NCBI GenBank assembly: GCA_030040915.1
Contig: JASHSI010000040.1
Coordinates: 1-40,393, forward strand
DNA length: 40,393 nt
Direction of reading: 5' to 3'
Source: Thermoplasmata archaeon
GTDB taxonomy: Archaea; Thermoplasmatota; Thermoplasmata; Lutacidiplasmatales; UBA184
The position numbers and the translations under genes are program-made. Below the pieces are notes generated by a model. It ran no database searches, was not told the origin of the DNA, and saw nothing but the letters and a program-made list of their open reading frames with translations. How positions within the stretch are numbered: position 1 is the stretch's first letter; each line of letters begins with the position of its first letter. Positions 35,927 through 40,393 of this stretch are shown here, one piece after another.

Positions 35927-38900
35927 CTACTCCTCGACCCCGTGCACCACCCGCTGGTGCTGGTGGAGTCCGAGCGGCGTCTCGAACCGCTCGTGGCAGA
36001 TCGGGCATTCGTTGGCGGAGGCCGACGCCTTCTTCCCCTCGCCCTTCCCCTCCTCCCACGCCTTCGGCGGGGCGGCGATCGCGCCGCTCGCCGTGGACGG
36101 CGTGGTGGGGCGGAGGGCCGGGGAGATCCACAGCCCGAGCAGGATGCCGACGATGCTCCCGATCAGGACGAGGAGCGTCCCAGCCGTCGCCGACGGAAGG
36201 CCGAAGAGGCCGGTGGCCGTGTCGGTCTTCGTGATCGTCGTGGCCGGGTTGAGGTTCGACACGTTCACCGCCTCGCCGGCGATGTCGCTCCCCTCCTTGC
36301 TCCCGACGCTTAACGAGACCCAGTAGATCCCGGCCGATACGGCCGTCCACGTGGTGCTGCCGCTGCGCAACGCGCCGCCGATCCCGGGCTGGAAGGCGAG
36401 CTGGCTGAAGACGAGCTCGCTCTTCCCCGGGCTCAGGTTCTGGTAGACGTACAGCGTGGCGTTCGTGACGTAGTCGCCCTGGTACTGGTAGGCGATGGTC
36501 ACGTTACCTAGCGGTACGACCGCGTTCGCTAATGGCCCTAAGATCTCGGCCTGGACCGGGTCGAAGATGAGGTCCACCGAGACCCCCTGCCGGAGGTATC
36601 CCGAATGGTTCGCGTGGAACCAGATCGTGATCTCGTAGTCGGACGAGGTAGGTAACTCCCCGGCGTCCGAGTAGAATCCCTTCGACTCGAGCAGGGTGAG
36701 GTTGATCGACTGCGCGTAGTTCAACTGCTCCGGGTGCACCTTGATCGAGTAGTTCACCACGACGCAGCCGACGGTCGGGCAGTTGGTGCCGAGGTAGGTG
36801 ATCTCGAGCGAGGAGTTGAACGTCACGTTGCTCACCTGGGTCGCGTTGAGGTTGAGCGACCAGGTCAGGTTGTACGGGACGTTGATGTAGCCGGTCGCCT
36901 GGTTGATGTTCTCGTTGACCACCGACCCGACGATGAACCGCCGCGAGTAGCTGAACGTCTGCCCCATGCTCGTCGTCACGATGACCTCGAGCTCGTGGAT
37001 GCCGACGGTGTAGTTCCCCGTCAGATTGACGAAGTCGTCGTACAGCTGCATCTCGGGCGGCTCTTCGGGCGTGATGTTCTCGATGTAATGCCCGTCGATG
37101 TAGACGTCCATCCCGGTGATGTGCTCTAACCCGCTCGACCAGTAGAACGGATTGCCGTTGTACCCGTTCGGCAGGTAGTAGAACTCCCCGAGCGGGTCCT
37201 CGGTCGGGAGCGTCACGTTCACCATGAACGAGAGCGGCTGGCCCGGCGTGAAGAACGACTCGGGGACGCGCGCGTTCGTCATCGTCGTGATGTTGACCGG
37301 ATCGGGTAAGATCCACATCGGGGTCGCCGTGTAGTTCCGGTAGTACGAGTTGTTGTAGACGCAGGTGATGATCAGGTTCGGGTTCGAGGCGTTGTCCGGA
37401 GTGCACGGCTCCCGGTAGTCGAAGCTCTCGTTCTGGGTCCCGGGGATGGAGACCGCCACCGCGGCCAGACCGATCGGGACGAGCTCGAGGTTCCCCAGGT
37501 AATTCTCGTCGCTCGCGTTGTCGGGGATCTGTAGGGAGACATCCCCGTTCGCGTTCGTGTACCCGGACGTGTTCGAGCTGTTCGTCATCCCTAAGATGCC
37601 CGCCGACGCCGAATACCGGATGAACTTGTACTCGTGGCCGGTATCGTAGGTGCCGAGCCACACCGGGTTCTCCACGAGCGGGGCCCCGGTCGAGTTCGTG
37701 ACCTTGAGGCTCAGGATCTGTCCCTGCCACCCGTATAGCGTGTCGTAGAGCGCGGAGGTGTTGGTGAAGTTCGGTACGAGCGTGTTCAGCGTCGAGTTCG
37801 AGTAGCCCTCCCGGTAGATGTACGAGAGGAGGTCGATCGAGTTGAACTCGGCATACTTCCCTCCGTCAATGCCGCCCGGGAGGACGTTCGGTGCCGGCGT
37901 TACCGTGTAGTTCGTGTACCCGATCTCGGGGCCGTAGCTTGCCGTGATCTGGTACGGGGCCGAGTAGGCCATGTTCTCGGTGTAGACGAACGCGACGCCA
38001 GTCAGGTTCGTAAACGAGAACGAGACGAGGGTGTTGGTCGACGTGTCGTACCGATTCGCGGTGCTTCGGCCGTAGTAGCTCGCCTGCGTCTCGGCCTCCG
38101 AGCAGGTGAAGGCAAGGTCGACGCACCGGGGAACGGTGGCCGTCACTTGCGCGTTGTAGACCGGCTCGCCCAGGTAGTTCGTGACCTTGACCTCGAAGAC
38201 GTTGGAGTAGAGGGTGCCCTCCCCGCTCCACGCCGAGAAGTCGTAGCAGAAGAGGCCCTCCTGGCTCAGCCCCGGGATGAGGCCGAAGCCGCCGATCCCG
38301 CCGAGGGGGTTGTCGAGGTTCGCCGAGGCGCACCCGCCGACGATCGAGTTCGTCGAGCTCGGGTCGACCACGCTGACCGTCAGCGGGCCCGGGCTGATGT
38401 CCGGACCGACCCAGTCGTAGCCGAAGCCCATGTTCCGGTGGCCGGTCGTCCCCAGCGTGAAGATGAGCAACCCCGGACTGAAGTTCGGGGCGAACGGCCC
38501 AGCGCCGGTGTTCAGGGTGAAGCGCATCGCGTTAGTCGGGGTCCCGACGTACGTCAGATCAGCCGAACTGTAGTTGATGAACTCCTCACCACCGCCCTGC
38601 GGGAAGTACTCGACGATGACGGTCGGATTGGACCCGTCCACCGTCGTGTTTGCCGTGACGTCGATCGTGTAGGTGTTGTTCAACGTCATGTTGAACCACT
38701 CGGAGGTGGCGTTCGCGTTGGTCGTCGTGTTGACCGTGTCGAACGCGCCCTCGTGGTCGATCTGGTTCAGGTCGTGGGCGAAGTTGTAGACGTTGATCGA
38801 CCCCCAGCCCGTCGGGAAGTCCCAGCCCGGCATCGTGTCGCCGTAGGTGGACTGCCCCGTGGCCGTGGTCGGGAGGTTCTGGCCGGGCGGCCAGGAGTAC

Positions 38901-40393
38901 TGGGGGTTCGCGCTCGCGCCGCGGTTCCCCCAGACGCTCGTCCCGTTCGTGATGTCGTAGAACGGCGCGAGCGAGAGGTTCCCGTTCTGCCAGGCGTTCG
39001 CGACCTCCCAGATCGGCATGTTCAGGTTCCCTAGGTAGGCCGCGGTCTTCGGATCCGTCGGGTTCTGGGCAGGGTTCCTCAGGAAGTCCTCGATGTCGGC
39101 GATCATCCCGGCGGTGGTCGGGCAGGCGAAGCTCGTCCCGCCGTACAGGTAGTTCGGCACGCCATCGAAGAATATCGACTCGTTGAAGTCCGCCTCCGCG
39201 CCGACCGCGCTCCCTAACGACCGGCCCACGTCCGGCACGCCGACCGCGTGCTGCCACCAGGGCTGCTGGAAGTCGTAGCTGATGCCGAAGCCGCCCGACG
39301 CCTCCGGCGGCGCGTCGTAGAGCGTGAGGTTCGAGAAGTCCGCGGGCACGTACCAGAACGACTCGTTGTTGAGGCCCGTCGACTTGGACACCTTGAAGTC
39401 GAGGTTGACCCCGAGGCTCCCGTCGTTCCCTCCGATGAGGCCGGGGATGAACATGTCGAGGTTGCCGTAGGTCAGGTTCGTCGTCGGGAAGACCTGGTCG
39501 CCCGAGGAGTAGACGTCCGAGCGGAGGCCGTTGATCGACGCGACATACGGGTCGTTCGCCGGGAACGAGCCCGAGAGGATCCCGGTGGTCGTGTCGAACC
39601 CGCCTCCGTCCCCGCTCGAGGCGAGGATCGAGGCGCCCTTGGCGTCGAGGAGCATGAAGTAGTAGTTCATCACCGAGTCGGAGCCGAGGCCGGGGCCGAA
39701 GATCGTTCCGCCGTCCTCGGAGCCCCCCCACGAGTTCGAGATGATGTTCGGGGTCGTCGGCATCGCGTCGATGGTCGCGTACTGGTCGTCGAGGAAGTTC
39801 CCCGCGAAGTACTGCGAATAGACGGGGATGATCTCGGCGCCGGGCGCCATCGTGCTCGAGTACTCGATGTCGAGCGCCATCTCGCCGGAGCCCCCGTCGG
39901 TGTAGTATTCGGTGCCGTTCCAGGTGTACGCCCCGTCCACCGGCGTGGGGTCGATCCGGTTGTAGAGCTGGTAGGGGTTGTTCCAGACGAGCTGGGAGTA
40001 CGCCTCGATGTCGCCCGGGTTGATCCCGCCCTCCATCACGATCACGATCCGGATCGGGGTCCCGGTCGAGTTCCCATTGTAGCCCTGGGCGAGGAGCGGG
40101 TCGGCTTGGTAGAGCTCGGTGGTCGTCGCCGCCGAGATGGTCTGCCACTTGAGGTGCTCCAGCTGGTGGCCGAACGCGTAGTTGATGTTGAACCACGCCG
40201 TCGCCTTGTCGGTGTAGTTGTACAGCTCCGCGACGGTCGCGTTGTAGACGACCGGCGCGCTCGCCGGGTCGGCCGCCGCGCCGGAGTAGCCCGACTCGTT
40301 CGCGGCCGCGATCGCGTCGGCGAGCAGCGGGCTCTGGGAGTGGAAGTACTGGTAGTTGCCCGGCCCGGTCAGCCCCGAGATCGAACTCACGCC
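35927..40393 (-). CDS. Large membrane-anchored S53 (sedolisin) protease, 5'-partial, with a C-terminal C2H2 zinc finger
   Basis: EMALDIE (catalytic Glu/Asp), SNSWG, ASSGDGG, GGTSFACP (Ser) and GWDFPTGWGS motifs; N/T/S-rich stalk; TM; CPICHERFETPLGLHQHQRVVH. The reading frame is open to the window edge. Confidence 0.88.
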   Translation of the reverse strand, partial: GVSSISGLTGPGNYQYFHSQSPLLADAIAAANESGYSGAAADPASAPVVYNATVAELYNYTDKATAWFNINYAFGHQLEHLKWQTISAATTTELYQADPLLAQGYNGNSTGTPIRIVIVMEGGINPGDIEAYSQLVWNNPYQLYNRIDPTPVDGAYTWNGTEYYTDGGSGEMALDIEYSSTMAPGAEIIPVYSQYFAGNFLDDQYATIDAMPTTPNIISNSWGGSEDGGTIFGPGLGSDSVMNYYFMLLDAKGASILASSGDGGGFDTTTGILSGSFPANDPYVASINGLRSDVYSSGDQVFPTTNLTYGNLDMFIPGLIGGNDGSLGVNLDFKVSKSTGLNNESFWYVPADFSNLTLYDAPPEASGGFGISYDFQQPWWQHAVGVPDVGRSLGSAVGAEADFNESIFFDGVPNYLYGGTSFACPTTAGMIADIEDFLRNPAQNPTDPKTAAYLGNLNMPIWEVANAWQNGNLSLAPFYDITNGTSVWGNRGASANPQYSWPPGQNLPTTATGQSTYGDTMPGWDFPTGWGSINVYNFAHDLNQIDHEGAFDTVNTTTNANATSEWFNMTLNNTYTIDVTANTTVDGSNPTVIVEYFPQGGGEEFINYSSADLTYVGTPTNAMRFTLNTGAGPFAPNFSPGLLIFTLGTTGHRNMGFGYDWVGPDISPGPLTVSVVDPSSTNSIVGGCASANLDNPLGGIGGFGLIPGLSQEGLFCYDFSAWSGEGTLYSNVFEVKVTNYLGEPVYNAQVTATVPRCVDLAFTCSEAETQASYYGRSTANRYDTSTNTLVSFSFTNLTGVAFVYTENMAYSAPYQITASYGPEIGYTNYTVTPAPNVLPGGIDGGKYAEFNSIDLLSYIYREGYSNSTLNTLVPNFTNTSALYDTLYGWQGQILSLKVTNSTGAPLVENPVWLGTYDTGHEYKFIRYSASAGILGMTNSSNTSGYTNANGDVSLQIPDNASDENYLGNLELVPIGLAAVAVSIPGTQNESFDYREPCTPDNASNPNLIITCVYNNSYYRNYTATPMWILPDPVNITTMTNARVPESFFTPGQPLSFMVNVTLPTEDPLGEFYYLPNGYNGNPFYWSSGLEHITGMDVYIDGHYIENITPEEPPEMQLYDDFVNLTGNYTVGIHELEVIVTTSMGQTFSYSRRFIVGSVVNENINQATGYINVPYNLTWSLNLNATQVSNVTFNSSLEITYLGTNCPTVGCVVVNYSIKVHPEQLNYAQSINLTLLESKGFYSDAGELPTSSDYEITIWFHANHSGYLRQGVSVDLIFDPVQAEILGPLANAVVPLGNVTIAYQYQGDYVTNATLYVYQNLSPGKSELVFSQLAFQPGIGGALRSGSTTWTAVSAGIYWVSLSVGSKEGSDIAGEAVNVSNLNPATTITKTDTATGLFGLPSATAGTLLVLIGSIVGILLGLWISPALRPTTPSTASGAIAAPPKAWEEGKGEGKKASASANECPICHERFETPLGLHQHQRVVHGVEE

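Noticed and set aside
1-40393. Many long overlapping or antisense ORFs; CRISPR arrays, transposases, integrases
   Set aside because: The shadow ORFs are R/G/P-rich artefacts of high GC. No repeat-spacer array or mobile-element motif was seen.

Overview
Very GC-rich archaeal chromosome segment, most likely from a Thermoplasmata lineage. This placement is an inference from the thermopsin, the Thermoplasmatales-type surface repeats, Csl4, Rpp21, Tsr3, the archaeal GluRS and the TATA boxes. Content is mostly housekeeping: etfB and an acyl-CoA dehydrogenase, larB, an FKBP, an M2 peptidase, thermopsin, msrB, carbamate kinase, two ABC systems, an Rrf2/TrxB-like pair, two DUF1801 genes, a phosphatase, tsr3, a class I aldolase, CDF, MFS, VOC, gltX, rnp4, a METTL5-like methylase, csl4, glyA and a partial S53 protease. 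The strongest signals are RNAs that the ORF track hides. (1) A tandem tRNA-Gln(CUG)/tRNA-Leu(UAG) pair carries three non-canonical bulge-helix-bulge introns (59/60 in Gln; 21/22 and 59/60 in Leu). (2) A complete box C/D sRNA with its own TATA box lies upstream of the FKBP gene. (3) tRNA-Ala(CGC) contains the stop codon of the upstream CDS. Also notable are an 11-3-11 operator palindrome over the Rrf2 start codon and a membrane-anchored sedolisin ending in a cytoplasmic C2H2 zinc finger. No integrase, transposase or CRISPR array was seen. All calls come from motif recognition by eye; no searches were run.
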